Shown here piece after piece: positions 31,091-41,480 of a stretch of DNA of 64,000 nucleotides. Position numbers and translations under genes: made by a program. The notes below the pieces were generated by a model. It saw only the letters and a program-made list of their open reading frames with translations, did not search any database and had not been told where the DNA came from. Position 1 is the first letter of the stretch, and each line of letters opens with the position of its first letter. The DNA comes from Waterburya sp. (GTDB lineage Bacteria; Cyanobacteriota; Cyanobacteriia; Cyanobacteriales; Xenococcaceae): positions 4,960,001-5,024,000 of the forward strand of contig CBDCJV010000002.1 in the NCBI GenBank assembly GCA_965217895.1. The letters run 5' to 3'.

Positions 31091-31846
31091 ATGAGCCTAG
31101 AGTCAGTCACTTTGCGACAACTTCCTATAGATTTAATCTCTGACCTTTTGCCCCAGCACGTAGCGGTAATTATGGACGGTAATGGTCGCTGGGCAAAAAA
31201 TCAAGGCAAGCCTCGCATTGTAGGTCATCAAAAAGGTGTCGATACGTTAAAAGATTTGTTACGCTGCTGCAAAGACTGGGGCATTCCTGCTTTAACTGCC
31301 TATGCTTTTTCAACAGAAAACTGGGGTAGACCTCGTGGGGAAGTACAGTTTTTGATGACCTTATTTGAGCGGGTGCTAAGGCGAGAACTTGAGGAAATGA
31401 AAGAAGAAAATGTCAAAATTCGCTTTGTAGGCAATTTAGAAGATTTGCCGACCTCTCTACGCCAAGAAATAGATCGCTCGATGGAAGACACTAAACATAA
31501 TCAGGGAACTCAGTTTACCGTGGCAACTAACTATGGTGGCAGACATGAAATTATTCAAGCCTGTCAGGCGATCGCCAAAAAAGTAGAACAAGGGTACTTA
31601 AAAGCAAATCAGGTTAACGAAGATTTATTTGAACAACATTTATACACTCAGGGAATCCCTCATCCAGATCTTTTGATTCGTACCAGTGGTGAGATGCGAA
31701 TTAGTAATTTTTTGCTTTGGCAAGTAGCTTATGCGGAAATTTATGTTACTTCTACTCTTTGGCCAGATTTTGATCGAATTGAGTTTCACAAGGCTTTAGC
31801 CACCTATCAGCAAAGAGATAGACGCTTTGGCAAAGTGAAGACTTAA
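31091..31846 (+). CDS. uppS: Undecaprenyl diphosphate synthase
   Basis: [19 protein letters not shown] and [16 protein letters not shown]. Confidence 0.97.
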   Translation: MSLESVTLRQLPIDLISDLLPQHVAVIMDGNGRWAKNQGKPRIVGHQKGVDTLKDLLRCCKDWGIPALTAYAFSTENWGRPRGEVQFLMTLFERVLRRELEEMKEENVKIRFVGNLEDLPTSLRQEIDRSMEDTKHNQGTQFTVATNYGGRHEIIQACQAIAKKVEQGYLKANQVNEDLFEQHLYTQGIPHPDLLIRTSGEMRISNFLLWQVAYAEIYVTSTLWPDFDRIEFHKALATYQQRDRRFGKVKT

Positions 31847-31854
31847 GTAAGCGA

Positions 31855-32499
31855 CTAACTATTTTGTTGCTTAAGATATGCAAATACAGACTTGTCGCCA
31901 ATATCAGGGTCGATCGCCTGAATCATTTTTCTCACAGCAAAGACGCTAAAGCCGATTGACCAGATTCCTAGTAATGTCTGTTCTATTTCCACAGGAATAA
32001 TTCCCGCTATATGTCCTAATAGCAACAGGGGGACGATAGGAGTTAATATTTTTGTTTCAAGGCGATTAAAGCAAAAAGCTTCTTTAAAAAAAATTCCTGT
32101 TAAGGCAGCAAAGGTAAAGCCTGTACCAAATAGGGTAAAAGGATGATTATATATGTATAGTGCCAAAGGTTCATTGGTCTGGGTGGCGATCGCCATTGTG
32201 GCAACTGTGCCAATTACCCAAAATCCTTGTAGGACTCGATGTAAAGCCTTCAGGTAAATATGAATATAAACTAGGCTAACACCCAATCCCAAAGAAAAGA
32301 GAGCAAATAAGAATGTGATAGCTGGTAAAGCAGCCTTACCTTGAGCAAAGAAAAGATTAGAGGCGATCGCAAAGCTAGCTGCTGCCAAAACTAGACCTGC
32401 ACGATAGATAATTACTTCTAGGCGATCGCTTTTGGTAATAGTATAATCGCCAAATTGTCCTTTATAGGTTTGAGGTTCTTTGTCTAAAAGAGCAATCAT
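31855..32499 (-). CDS. DUF2301-like membrane protein
   Basis: IHIY, KEAFCF and DIGDKSVF motifs; multiple TM helices. Confidence 0.75.
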   Translation of the reverse strand: MIALLDKEPQTYKGQFGDYTITKSDRLEVIIYRAGLVLAAASFAIASNLFFAQGKAALPAITFLFALFSLGLGVSLVYIHIYLKALHRVLQGFWVIGTVATMAIATQTNEPLALYIYNHPFTLFGTGFTFAALTGIFFKEAFCFNRLETKILTPIVPLLLLGHIAGIIPVEIEQTLLGIWSIGFSVFAVRKMIQAIDPDIGDKSVFAYLKQQNS

Positions 32500-32609
32500 A
32501 ATTAACTTTATGTGAATTAGCTTTATTCTAATTTATTGGTTTTAAGCTCTTAGAGGTTGTCTAAGAAGTTTAATTGGCTGCCTTTCTCAACTTACATTAG
32601 GCATATATA

Positions 32610-33401
32610 CTAAAAACTTATTTTTACTTGAACTATATCTTGCCAGGTAAGCTGTAATTTTGCTTGGGCGTTTGCGCCATTGACCGCAATTTCTATCCAG
32701 CCATGACTACCAACTATAGCTATATTTTCGCCTAGGTTGACATCGCTATAAGTCTTGCCCTTATGAATCGTAATATTCTGGATAACTACTTGCCATGTTT
32801 TTCCTTTAACTAAACCACCAGGAATATTAGTAATCAAGTTGCCAAAATGATCTATATACTGAATACAGCCAGTAATTTGCTCAGGAGTTTGTCTTAGCGG
32901 TGGTAAATTCAGTTTAGTTAAACTAGCTGGATCGATCGCCTGACCTAATTCTTGAATTTTAACTCCGTTAGCTAGGTGTGCGCCAACAGGAGCAAAAATA
33001 TCTCTGCCGTGAAAAGTGTGACTGGGATCTGATACTCGCCAATACTGAGGATTGGTTAACTCTACAGCAGAAATAACTTCATCTAGTTCTAAAATACCGC
33101 TACAGATACCATTGTCAGGACAAACTACATATCCTTTCCTCAGTTTAATAGCTACGCCTCTTCTACTGCTACCAACTCCTGGATCGACTACCGCTACGTG
33201 AACTGTCTGAGATGGAAAATAGGGATAGGCATTTAATAAAGCAAATCTGGCTGCGAGTAGATTTTGTGGGGAAAGTTGGTGAGTTAGATCGATTACCTGT
33301 ATTTGAGAATTAACTGCTGCGATCGCGCCTTTCATCACGCCGACATAAACATCGCGATCACCAAAGTCGGTTAACAAAGTCACAATGTTACCTGAAGCCA
33401 T
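32610..33401 (-). CDS. SAM hydroxide adenosyltransferase (DUF62; chlorinase/fluorinase family)
   Basis: LLTDFG, VVDPGVG, TFHGRDIFAP and IDHFGNLITN. Confidence 0.9.
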   Translation of the reverse strand: MASGNIVTLLTDFGDRDVYVGVMKGAIAAVNSQIQVIDLTHQLSPQNLLAARFALLNAYPYFPSQTVHVAVVDPGVGSSRRGVAIKLRKGYVVCPDNGICSGILELDEVISAVELTNPQYWRVSDPSHTFHGRDIFAPVGAHLANGVKIQELGQAIDPASLTKLNLPPLRQTPEQITGCIQYIDHFGNLITNIPGGLVKGKTWQVVIQNITIHKGKTYSDVNLGENIAIVGSHGWIEIAVNGANAQAKLQLTWQDIVQVKISF

Positions 33402-33465
33402 AATTTTGTAATCCTTAATTCTGATTTTAGTCTATTGTTGCGATTTATTGGCACTCTTCGATCTT

Positions 33466-33507
33466 GTATCTGAAGTTACAGGATTATTAGGCTGTGGTTG
33501 ATAGTAT
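33466..33507 (+). promoter_or_regulatory. NtcA-activated promoter of the amidase operon
   Basis: tGTA-TCTGAAGT-TACa (33466-33479), then exactly 22 nt, then TAGTAT (33502-33507), matching GTA-N8-TAC-N22-TAN3T. Confidence 0.85.
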
Positions 33508-33678
33508 TTTAGTAAACAAAACATTAAGTTCATTATCATCAAATCCATTTTCAACTGCGATTGACAAAGCCAGGGTTCGACGGGCGATCGCAATAATAAA
33601 TGTCTTGTATTGGTTGTAAAAAGTGAATTAGTGAATTTTGCTCAAAAATCAATTAAATAAAAATAGGAGTTAATAAAG

Positions 33679-34779
33679 ATGGCTTTTCACGGAGATATTT
33701 CTTCTAGTAAAGATGCTGTGGGCGTAGCAGTCGTTAACTATAAAATGCCTCGCCTCCACACTAAAACCGAGGTCATAAAAAACTGTCACAAAATTGCCGA
33801 AATGATTGACGGGATGAAAGTAGGATTACCAGGAATGGACTTGGTTATCTTTCCCGAATATTCAACTCACGGTATTATGTACGATCGCCAGGAAATGATG
33901 GATACTGCTGCCGTTATTCCTGGAGAAGAAACCGCAATTTTTGCAGCAGCCTGTAAGCGAAATAAAGTCTGGGGCGTTTTTTCCCTGACGGGAGAAAGAC
34001 ACGAAGAGCATCCGACAAAAGTTCCTTATAACACTTTAATCTTAATGAACGACGAGGGCGAAATCGTTCAAAAGTATCGTAAGATTATGCCTTGGTGTCC
34101 GATTGAAGGCTGGTATCCAGGAAATAATACTTATGTTTCAGAAGGGCCAAAAGGACTAAAAATCAGCTTGATTATTTGCGATGATGGCAATTATCCTGAA
34201 ATTTGGCGCGACTGTACCATGAAGGGTGCAGAACTGATTGTGCGCTGTCAGGGCTATATGTATCCAGCTAAAGAACAGCAAATTATTGTGTCCAAAGCGA
34301 TGGCGTGGATGAATAATACCTATGTAGCTGTTGCTAACGCTTCTGGCTTTGACGGTGTGTATAGCTATTTCGGACATTCGGCAATTGTCGGTTTTGACGG
34401 ACGTACTTTAGGAGAATGTGGCGAAGAAGAAAACGGCGTACAGTATGCCACTCTTTCTAAATTCTCTATCCGCGACTTTCGCGCTAATGCTCAATCCCAA
34501 AACCATATATTTAAGTTAATGCACCGTGGCTACACTGGTTTGATTAACTCTGGAGAAGGTGCAGAGGGTGTACAAACCTGTCCCTTTGATTTTTATCGCG
34601 ATTGGGTACTAGACGAACAAAAAGCCAAAGAAACGGCGGAGAAGATTACACGCTCTACCGTCGGTACAGAGGAATGTCCTATTGAAGGATTACCAACAGA
34701 GGCAGCTACAGCAGAAGCTCCAGAGAAGTTAGAGCCAATGCCACAGCTAGAGACAAAATCAGAACCCAGCTTAGTCTAG
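33679..34779 (+). CDS. amiE: Aliphatic amidase (nitrilase superfamily)
   Basis: [22 protein letters not shown]; Glu-Lys-Cys triad motifs FPEYS, YRKIMPW and ICDDGNYPE. Confidence 0.92.
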   Translation: MAFHGDISSSKDAVGVAVVNYKMPRLHTKTEVIKNCHKIAEMIDGMKVGLPGMDLVIFPEYSTHGIMYDRQEMMDTAAVIPGEETAIFAAACKRNKVWGVFSLTGERHEEHPTKVPYNTLILMNDEGEIVQKYRKIMPWCPIEGWYPGNNTYVSEGPKGLKISLIICDDGNYPEIWRDCTMKGAELIVRCQGYMYPAKEQQIIVSKAMAWMNNTYVAVANASGFDGVYSYFGHSAIVGFDGRTLGECGEEENGVQYATLSKFSIRDFRANAQSQNHIFKLMHRGYTGLINSGEGAEGVQTCPFDFYRDWVLDEQKAKETAEKITRSTVGTEECPIEGLPTEAATAEAPEKLEPMPQLETKSEPSLV

Positions 34780-34835
34780 AGCTTAACTATTTAGATGAAT
34801 GTCTAAAGTCTGTCGGGTAAACATTTTCTGATTAT

Positions 34836-35861
34836 ATGGAGAACGAACCAATGCTTGATTATGAAATCTTCGATCTTGGAGAGGTTACAGTTCAGTCAGG
34901 AGCAACGTTACGAGATGCCAAACTGGCATACAAAACTTATGGTACTCTTAATGCCGATAAAAGCAACGTCATTGTTTATCCGACTTGGTATTCTGGGCAA
35001 CACTACGACAACGAATGGTTAATTGGGTAGGGTATGGCACTCGATCCCCAAAAATACTTTATTATTATTCCCAATATGTTCGGGAATGGTTTATCTTCTT
35101 CACCTAGTAATACGCCCCCTCCTTATGACCGCGCTAGATTTCCTCACGTAACTTTTTATGACAACGTTGTGGCACAGCAGCGTTTAGTTACAGAAAAATT
35201 TGGCATTGAAAAGATTGCATTAGTTACTGGCTGGTCGATGGGAGCAGGACAAACTTACCAGTGGGGAGTTAGCTATCCAGAAATGGTCGAACGCATTTTT
35301 CCTTTTTGTGGTTCTGCCAAAACTAGCCTTCACAACATTGTCTTTTTAGAAGGGGTAAAAGCCGCAATTCAAACTGATGTAGCTTGGCAAGAAGGATGGT
35401 ACGAGCAGCAGCCTAATAAGGGATTAAGGGCTGTCGGTCGAGTTTATGCTGGTTGGGGATTGTCTCAGGCTTTTTATCGCCAAAAGGTCTATCTCCAGAT
35501 GGGATATTCATCTCTAGAAGATTTTTTGGTAGCTTTCTGGGAAGGCTTTTTTCTGCGCAAGGATGCCAACAATCTTTTAGCTATGCTGTGGACTTGGCAA
35601 AATGGCAATATTGGTAACACGCCAGGATTTGACGGCAATTTTGAGCGAGCATTGGCAGCAATTAAAGCTAAAGCGATTGTGATGCCAGGAGAAACCGACC
35701 TCTACTTTCCCCCAGAAGATAATGAATACGAAGTAAAGCATCTGCATAACGCCAAGTTTCTTGCCATTCCTTCTATTTGGGGTCACTTTGCTGGTGGCGG
35801 TATTAATTCGGTTGATACTGAGTTTATCGATCGCAACATCCAAGAATTACTAGCACGATAG
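34836..35861 (+). pseudogene. MetX/homoserine acetyltransferase-like alpha/beta hydrolase with in-frame TAG
   Basis: ORFs 34836-35030 and 35034-35861 share a frame (NEWLIG*GMALDP); GWSMG elbow, DLYF and WGH. Confidence 0.8.
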
Positions 35862-35906
35862 CCACAGATATTGTTTTTAGTACTCAATTTAAACTAAAAA
35901 CCAAAA

Positions 35907-35937
35907 AGTGTTCTAACACAGCCTTGTATTGCTATAT
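35907..35937 (-). repeat. 31-bp repeat, inverted partner of 39959-39989
   Basis: Reverse complement ATATAGCAATACAAGGCTGTGTTAGAACACT; 29/31 identical to its partner. Confidence 0.85.
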
Positions 35938-35949
35938 TTAAAAAATACT

Positions 35950-36030
35950 ATATAGGACTTACGCAGTTTAACGAGTTTTGCCCCCTAACCCCCCAAATCT
36001 GGGAGGAACAAGACAAGAATTGAAAGTCCC
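35950..36030. repeat. Cyanobacterial dispersed repeat fragments
   Basis: ATAGGACTTACGCA end plus CCCCCTAACCCCCCAAATCTGGGAGGAAC..AAAGTCCC; similar CAGGACTTACG near 63012. Confidence 0.55.
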
Positions 36031-36084
36031 TGGATAGAGATCGCAGTTTGAGGTTCGAGACGCTTTCTGACCCATAGTTTTTCA

Positions 36085-36376
36085 TAATTTAATGGAAGCG
36101 ATCGCTCGTGACAAAGCTGGAGAATACGAGAAACAAGGCCTTTTAGATTAAATGCGCGATCTATTTTGGGATAGTAAAGCTTGGCAGGATTATATTTATT
36201 GGCAGAGTCAGGATAAAAAGACCCTTACTAATCCATTTGAAGGCATGGGAAAACCAGAACCGTTAAAGGAAAACTTGTCAGGTTATTGGTCGCGAAGAAT
36301 TGATGAAACTAATCGAATTGTTTATAGAGTGACTGATGAATACATCAAGATAATTTTTTGTCAGTATCATTATTGA
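36085..36376 (+). pseudogene. yoeB: Degenerate yefM-yoeB (Txe/YoeB) toxin-antitoxin locus
   Basis: YoeB motifs WQDYIYWQ, GKPEPLK..LSGYWSRRI and CQYHY with an apparent internal deletion. Only an antitoxin-like C-terminal tail remains upstream, ending at TAAATG. Confidence 0.75.
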
Positions 36377-36518
36377 TTAATGAATATAGCGATCGCTCTT
36401 TCTATACCCATATAAAGCGATCGCCCTACTCTCAAATCATAAATATTTATACCCAATTTCCTCACTACAACAATAAAATCATTGATAATTGGTAATTGAT
36501 CATTGATAATTGATTTTT

Positions 36519-39248
36519 ATGTCTTTTGTTGGCTTACATATCCATAGCGACTATAGCTTGCTTGATGGTGCATCTCAGATTCCTCAGCTAATCGATCGCG
36601 CTTTAGAATTAGATATGCCAGCGATCGCTCTTACGGATCATGGAGTAATGTATGGGGCGATTGAACTGATCAAAGTCTGTCGCAACAAAGGCATCAAGCC
36701 GATCATTGGCAATGAGATGTATGTAATTAATGGCGATATTGAAGTCAACATCACCGAAAAGAAAAAACGCCACCGCAAATATCATCAGGTAGTGTTGGCG
36801 AAAAATACCCAGGGATACAAGAATTTAGTTAAGCTAACCACTATTTCCCACCTCAAAGGCTATCAGGGTAGCGGTATTTTTGCCCGTCCCTGTATTAATA
36901 AAGAACTATTAGAGAAATATCACGAAGGTTTAATTGTTACTAGTGCTTGCTTAGGAGGAGAAGTTCCCCAGGCAATTTTAAAAGGCGATCTTGCTCATGC
37001 AGAAAAAGTAGCCAAATGGTATCAAGATTTGTTTGGCGATGACTACTACCTAGAAATACAGGATCACGGTTCACCAGAAGATCGGATGGTGAATGTGGCA
37101 ATTGTCAATATTGCTCGCAAATTAGGTATCCAATTCATTGCCACCAACGATTCTCACTTTATCTCTTGCTATGACGTAGAGGCACACGATGCTTTATTAT
37201 GTATTCTGACTCAAAAGCGCATAACCGATGATAAAAGGCTGCGCTATAGCGGTACAGAGTATCTTAAGTCCGCCGACGAGATGAGGCTGCTGTTTCGCGA
37301 TCATTTAGAAGATGACGTGATCGAAAAAGCGATCGCAACTACCGTAGAAGTTGCCGACAAAGTGCAGCCCTATAACATTCTGGGCGAACCCCGTATTCCT
37401 GATTATCCTGTTCCCGCAGGACATACTGCCGATAGTTATTTAGAAGAAGTTACTCGCCAGGGTTTATTAGAAAGGCTCAAGTGTCGCAACCATCACGAAG
37501 TTCCAGCAGAATATATGCAGAGGCTTGAGGTAGAACTCAAGGTCATGCAGTCAAAAGGCTTTTCTACTTACTTTCTGGTAGTTTGGGACTATATTAAATA
37601 CGCCAGAGATAATGATATCCCCGTTGGACCAGGGAGAGGTAGTGCTGCGGGGTCATTAGTGGCATATTGTCTCAAAATCACCAACATCGACCCAATTCAT
37701 CACGGTTTACTGTTTGAGCGTTTTCTCAATCCCGAACGGAAATCTATGCCTGATGTAGATACAGATTTCTGTCCCGATCGCCGTAGCGATATGATTAAAT
37801 ACGTTACCGACAAGTATGGTGAGGCAAATGTTGCCCAAATTATCACCTTTAACCGCATGACTTCTAAGGCGGTGTTAAAAGATGTGGGTAGGGTATTAGG
37901 CATTGACTTTGGCGATCAAAATCGGATTGCTAAGATGATTCCTGTAGTGCGCGGTAAACCGACTAAGCTTAAGGTGATGATCTCTCAAGGCACTCCTGAA
38001 CCCGCTTTTAAACAGGCTTATGAAAGCGAAAGTGTACCTATTTATGACGATAACAAAGGGGAAATCGGTTCGGTGGCAGTTCGCAACTGGGTTGATATGG
38101 CAATTCGCATTGAAGGTACAAATAAAACCTTCGGGGTTCATGCTGCGGGAGTAGTTATTTCTTCCCAACCTTTAGATGAAATTGTACCTTTACAAAAAAA
38201 TAACGATGGCTCGGTAATTACTCAATATTACATGGAAGATGTTGAGGCTATGGGTCTTTTGAAAATGGATTTTTTAGGCTTAAAAAATTTAACCACCATT
38301 CAGCGAGCAGCCGCTCTAGTTCAGAAAACTCAAGGTGTCACTTTAGATTTAGATCAAATACCTCTAGATGAACGCAAGGCATTAGAAATTATTGCTAAGG
38401 GTAAGCATAAAAAGCTGCCTGACGACATTCAAAAGACTCATAAACTCTTCCGCGCTGGTAATTTAGAGGGCATTTTTCAACTCGAATCTGATGGCATGAA
38501 ACAAATTACTAGAGACTTAAAACCTTCTGGGATAGAAGATATTTCTTCTATCTCCGCTCTCTATCGTCCAGGGCCTCTAGACGCAGGATTAATTCCGATT
38601 TTTATTGATCGCAAACATGGTAAAGAACAGGTTAGTTATCAGCATCCTCTATTAGAATCCATTCTCAAAGAAACCTATGGAGTAATTGTCTATCAAGAGC
38701 AAATTATGAAAATTGCTCAGGAATTAGCAGGTTATTCTTTAGGTGAAGCTGACTTACTCCGTCGCTGTATGGGTAAAAAAAAGCTAGCTGAAATGGAGAA
38801 ACATCGAGAGAAGTTTATTGATGGTTCGGCTAAAAATGGTGTCAGAAAAGAGGTAGCCAATGAACTATTCGATCAGATGGTACTATTTGCCGAGTATTGC
38901 CTAAGTTACGATACAGAAATATATACCGTTGAATATGGGGCGTTGCCCATTGGCAAAATAGTTGAGTCAAAAATTAAATGTAGCGTCTATACCGTAGATA
39001 AAAATGGTTTGGTTTATACTCAGCCTGTAGCGCAGTGGCATGATCGCGGTATACAAGAAGTTTTTGAATATACTCTAGATAATGGCTCAAGCATTCAGGC
39101 GACAAAAAATCACAAATTCATGACTACTGATGGACAAATGCTGTCCATAGATCAAGTATTTCAAAGGGGTTTAGAACTTAAAGAAATTGGTTCTCTTAAA
39201 TACAAACTACAGCCTTTAGCAATGAAACATTTTAGTGGACATTCATGA
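36519..39248 (+). CDS. dnaE-n: DNA polymerase III alpha, N-terminal part with N-intein
   Basis: PHP domain [27 protein letters not shown] and [12 protein letters not shown]. Confidence 0.97.
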   Translation: MSFVGLHIHSDYSLLDGASQIPQLIDRALELDMPAIALTDHGVMYGAIELIKVCRNKGIKPIIGNEMYVINGDIEVNITEKKKRHRKYHQVVLAKNTQGYKNLVKLTTISHLKGYQGSGIFARPCINKELLEKYHEGLIVTSACLGGEVPQAILKGDLAHAEKVAKWYQDLFGDDYYLEIQDHGSPEDRMVNVAIVNIARKLGIQFIATNDSHFISCYDVEAHDALLCILTQKRITDDKRLRYSGTEYLKSADEMRLLFRDHLEDDVIEKAIATTVEVADKVQPYNILGEPRIPDYPVPAGHTADSYLEEVTRQGLLERLKCRNHHEVPAEYMQRLEVELKVMQSKGFSTYFLVVWDYIKYARDNDIPVGPGRGSAAGSLVAYCLKITNIDPIHHGLLFERFLNPERKSMPDVDTDFCPDRRSDMIKYVTDKYGEANVAQIITFNRMTSKAVLKDVGRVLGIDFGDQNRIAKMIPVVRGKPTKLKVMISQGTPEPAFKQAYESESVPIYDDNKGEIGSVAVRNWVDMAIRIEGTNKTFGVHAAGVVISSQPLDEIVPLQKNNDGSVITQYYMEDVEAMGLLKMDFLGLKNLTTIQRAAALVQKTQGVTLDLDQIPLDERKALEIIAKGKHKKLPDDIQKTHKLFRAGNLEGIFQLESDGMKQITRDLKPSGIEDISSISALYRPGPLDAGLIPIFIDRKHGKEQVSYQHPLLESILKETYGVIVYQEQIMKIAQELAGYSLGEADLLRRCMGKKKLAEMEKHREKFIDGSAKNGVRKEVANELFDQMVLFAEYCLSYDTEIYTVEYGALPIGKIVESKIKCSVYTVDKNGLVYTQPVAQWHDRGIQEVFEYTLDNGSSIQATKNHKFMTTDGQMLSIDQVFQRGLELKEIGSLKYKLQPLAMKHFSGHS
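38898..39248 (+). other. Split DnaE intein, N-terminal half (116 aa)
   Basis: Block A CLSYDTEI and block B ATKNHKF. Confidence 0.95.
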
Positions 39249-39339
39249 CTTACAATATTTACTAATGTGATTTCAAGAGTCAAATATTTTCTCAAGAAAT
39301 CTAATTTTTGCCATTGTAATTATTATTTCTCTTATCAAC

Positions 39340-39954
39340 ATGGATATCAAAAAACTTATTTCTACAGCTAACGAACTACATACTAAATTGAGCGATGTAG
39401 ACCAGAAAGTAATTAGTAGAAAACAGGAATTGGACAATATTAATAGAGCGATAAGCCAAGCACAACAGCAATTAGAGCAAAAAGTAGCTGCTATTACCAG
39501 TGCCATTAATAATAAGCACCAAGAGTTAGAAAATTTAAGTCAGGAATTATCTAATCGTCAATCTTTGTTAGCTGAAATACAGGGCAATGTAGCGTCAAAT
39601 GCTGCAAATAATGCTAAATATGAAGCGAAAGCAAATAACAACGTAGAATCTAAAAATACCCCCCAAAATTTAGGTCAGCCAGCAGACATATTTGTTGAAA
39701 TGAAAAAACAAGCTTCTCTAGAAGACTATATAAGATCTAAATTTGAAAAGGAGTATGGTATTAAATATCCTAATTCAGGACAAGCTCTGAACGATAAAGA
39801 TTTTAATATTGTGCTAGAAAGGTTAATCGAGCGAGCAAGACAAAATAATAATCTACCTGAAGCGATCGAAGATTATTTATCAAATTACTCCAAAACTTTG
39901 AATAATCAGCAGATAGAGGAAATGAGGAAAAAAGCAGGTTCTGTGACAAGATAA
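39340..39954 (+). CDS. Coiled-coil hypothetical protein, possibly a 5'-truncated fragment
   Basis: 204-aa ORF rich in Q/E/N/K. An in-frame hydrophobic stretch (LIFAIVIIISLIN) precedes the ATG, after a TGA at 39268. Confidence 0.55.
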   Translation: MDIKKLISTANELHTKLSDVDQKVISRKQELDNINRAISQAQQQLEQKVAAITSAINNKHQELENLSQELSNRQSLLAEIQGNVASNAANNAKYEAKANNNVESKNTPQNLGQPADIFVEMKKQASLEDYIRSKFEKEYGIKYPNSGQALNDKDFNIVLERLIERARQNNNLPEAIEDYLSNYSKTLNNQQIEEMRKKAGSVTR

Positions 39955-39958
39955 GAAT

Positions 39959-40500
39959 ATATAGCAATACGAGGCTGTGTTAGGACACTCCCTGCGAGAA
40001 AGTTGTACTCACAGCATCTAATACCCCTTGGCTACTTACGAGCAATCAAATTTTCTGTCCTGTCTTGGTGCGCGTACATGCGGCTAAAGCCTTTGTCTTG
40101 CTAAGTCAGCATTCCCTTGCGTCTTACGCCGACGCGGGGTCTGACTTCTGTCGGCGACGCGCCCTCCTTATGCCGGGGAACTCGTCCACCGCAACTGTCT
40201 CACCGCGTCGCCTGTGGTTTCCCAGGCGTTTATGTCGCCCGTCAAACTGTCGAACCCTTTAGGGGGTCGCACCGCTAACCGATTAACGTACTGCGATAAT
40301 TTATAATCTCCAGCTTAAAAAAACTTGATGTCGGTTAAATACACATTAGACCTCTTACATAAGTTCGCTCAATCTCGGTTGTGTTTAGGGAAAAGGTAGG
40401 ATTGCGCTTTCTACGTAGTTAATTAACTCAATCCCTTACCCCTAGATGCGAGAAAGGACTTGTCCGTATCTAGTACCCCTTTCTCCTTTTCCCAATTGTC
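39959..40500. repeat. Cluster of nested GC-rich hairpin repeats and element ends
   Basis: 31-bp repeat end; nested stems GGTGCG/CGCACC, AAGTCAG/CTGACTT, GGCGACGCG/CGCGTCGCC and CGCCTG/CAGGCG; TAGACCTCTT end; GGGAAAAGG/CCTTTTCCC. Confidence 0.75.
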
Positions 40501-40549
40501 ATCGATGACGGGGCGCATACTCCCATTCATTAAACGGTAATGCCATACT

Positions 40550-41437
40550 ATGCTAATTGTTATTTGTGGTGTGACTGCCAGCGGTAAATCTGGTTTAGCT
40601 TTAGAAATTGCTCAACGTTTAAACACAGCGATCATTGGCGCAGATTCTCGGCAAATATACCGCGAGTTTGATATTGGCACAGCCAAACCGTCTTTAGCCG
40701 AACAAAAATTAGTTCCCCATTACCAAATTGATATTTGTGAGCCAACCGAGACATTGACTTTAGCAGAATATCAGCAGCAAACTCAAGAACTAATTAAGAC
40801 GAGTAATCATTCTTTGTCATTATTAGTGGGTGGTACAGGATTGTATTTAGATGCAATTACTAAAGGTTTAAAGATACCTAGGGTATCGCCACAGCCAGAA
40901 TTGCGATCGCAATTGTCTTCTCTAGGACAAGCACAAATTCACGGCTGGTTAGCTCAAGTTGACCCTAAAGCAGCCAGAAAAATTCATCTTAACGACCAAT
41001 TTAGAACTTTGAGAGCGTTAGAAGTTTTTTATGTTACGGGTGTTCCTATTTCCGCCCAGCAAGGCGAAAATCCACCTAATTATCCCATTTTACAGATTGG
41101 CTTAGACGGCGATGTGGCAGCTTTAGACAAGAAAATTGCTACACGCACTAAGCAAATGATCGAGATGGGATTAGTTCAAGAGGTAGACTATCTCTGTCAT
41201 AAATACAGTGAGAATCTACCTTTGTTAAATACCCTGGGCTATAGCGAAATCAAACAATATTTAGCTGCTGAAATTAATTTAGAACAGGCGATCGCTCTAA
41301 CTGTTACTCACACCCGTCAATTTGCCAAACGTCAGCGTACTTGGTTTAGAAAAAACAAAAATATCCGTTGGTTTGATAGCGGTAGTTATGATTTGGTTGA
41401 GCAAGTTTGGCAAACAGTACAAGAATTTATTAATTAA
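40550..41437 (+). CDS. miaA: tRNA dimethylallyltransferase
   Basis: GVTASGKS, DSRQIY..DIGTAKP, VGGTGLY and TRQFAKRQRTWF. Confidence 0.97.
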   Translation: MLIVICGVTASGKSGLALEIAQRLNTAIIGADSRQIYREFDIGTAKPSLAEQKLVPHYQIDICEPTETLTLAEYQQQTQELIKTSNHSLSLLVGGTGLYLDAITKGLKIPRVSPQPELRSQLSSLGQAQIHGWLAQVDPKAARKIHLNDQFRTLRALEVFYVTGVPISAQQGENPPNYPILQIGLDGDVAALDKKIATRTKQMIEMGLVQEVDYLCHKYSENLPLLNTLGYSEIKQYLAAEINLEQAIALTVTHTRQFAKRQRTWFRKNKNIRWFDSGSYDLVEQVWQTVQEFIN

Positions 41438-41480
41438 GGCGTAAAAGCAGAATATATTCTGCTCCTAATTTTTTAGCTAT

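Noticed and set aside
28468..31846. lysA-cdaA-uppS linkage as a novel c-di-AMP system
   Set aside because: This arrangement is already known to be conserved in cyanobacteria.
32550..32570. TTAGAGGTTGTCTAAGAAGT as an IS/MITE end
   Set aside because: It resembles a repeat terminus, but no partner end or TSD is visible in the window.
1991..35030. Genome-wide stop-codon reassignment suggested by three in-frame stops (1991, 4331, 35028)
   Set aside because: Two different codons are involved, core genes end normally in TAG and TGA, and each case is one substitution from a sense codon. Pseudogenisation or sequencing error is simpler.
40065..40262. 65-aa ORF (likewise 49036-49245)
   Set aside because: A by-product of GC-rich repeat sequence, with no SD or protein-like features.
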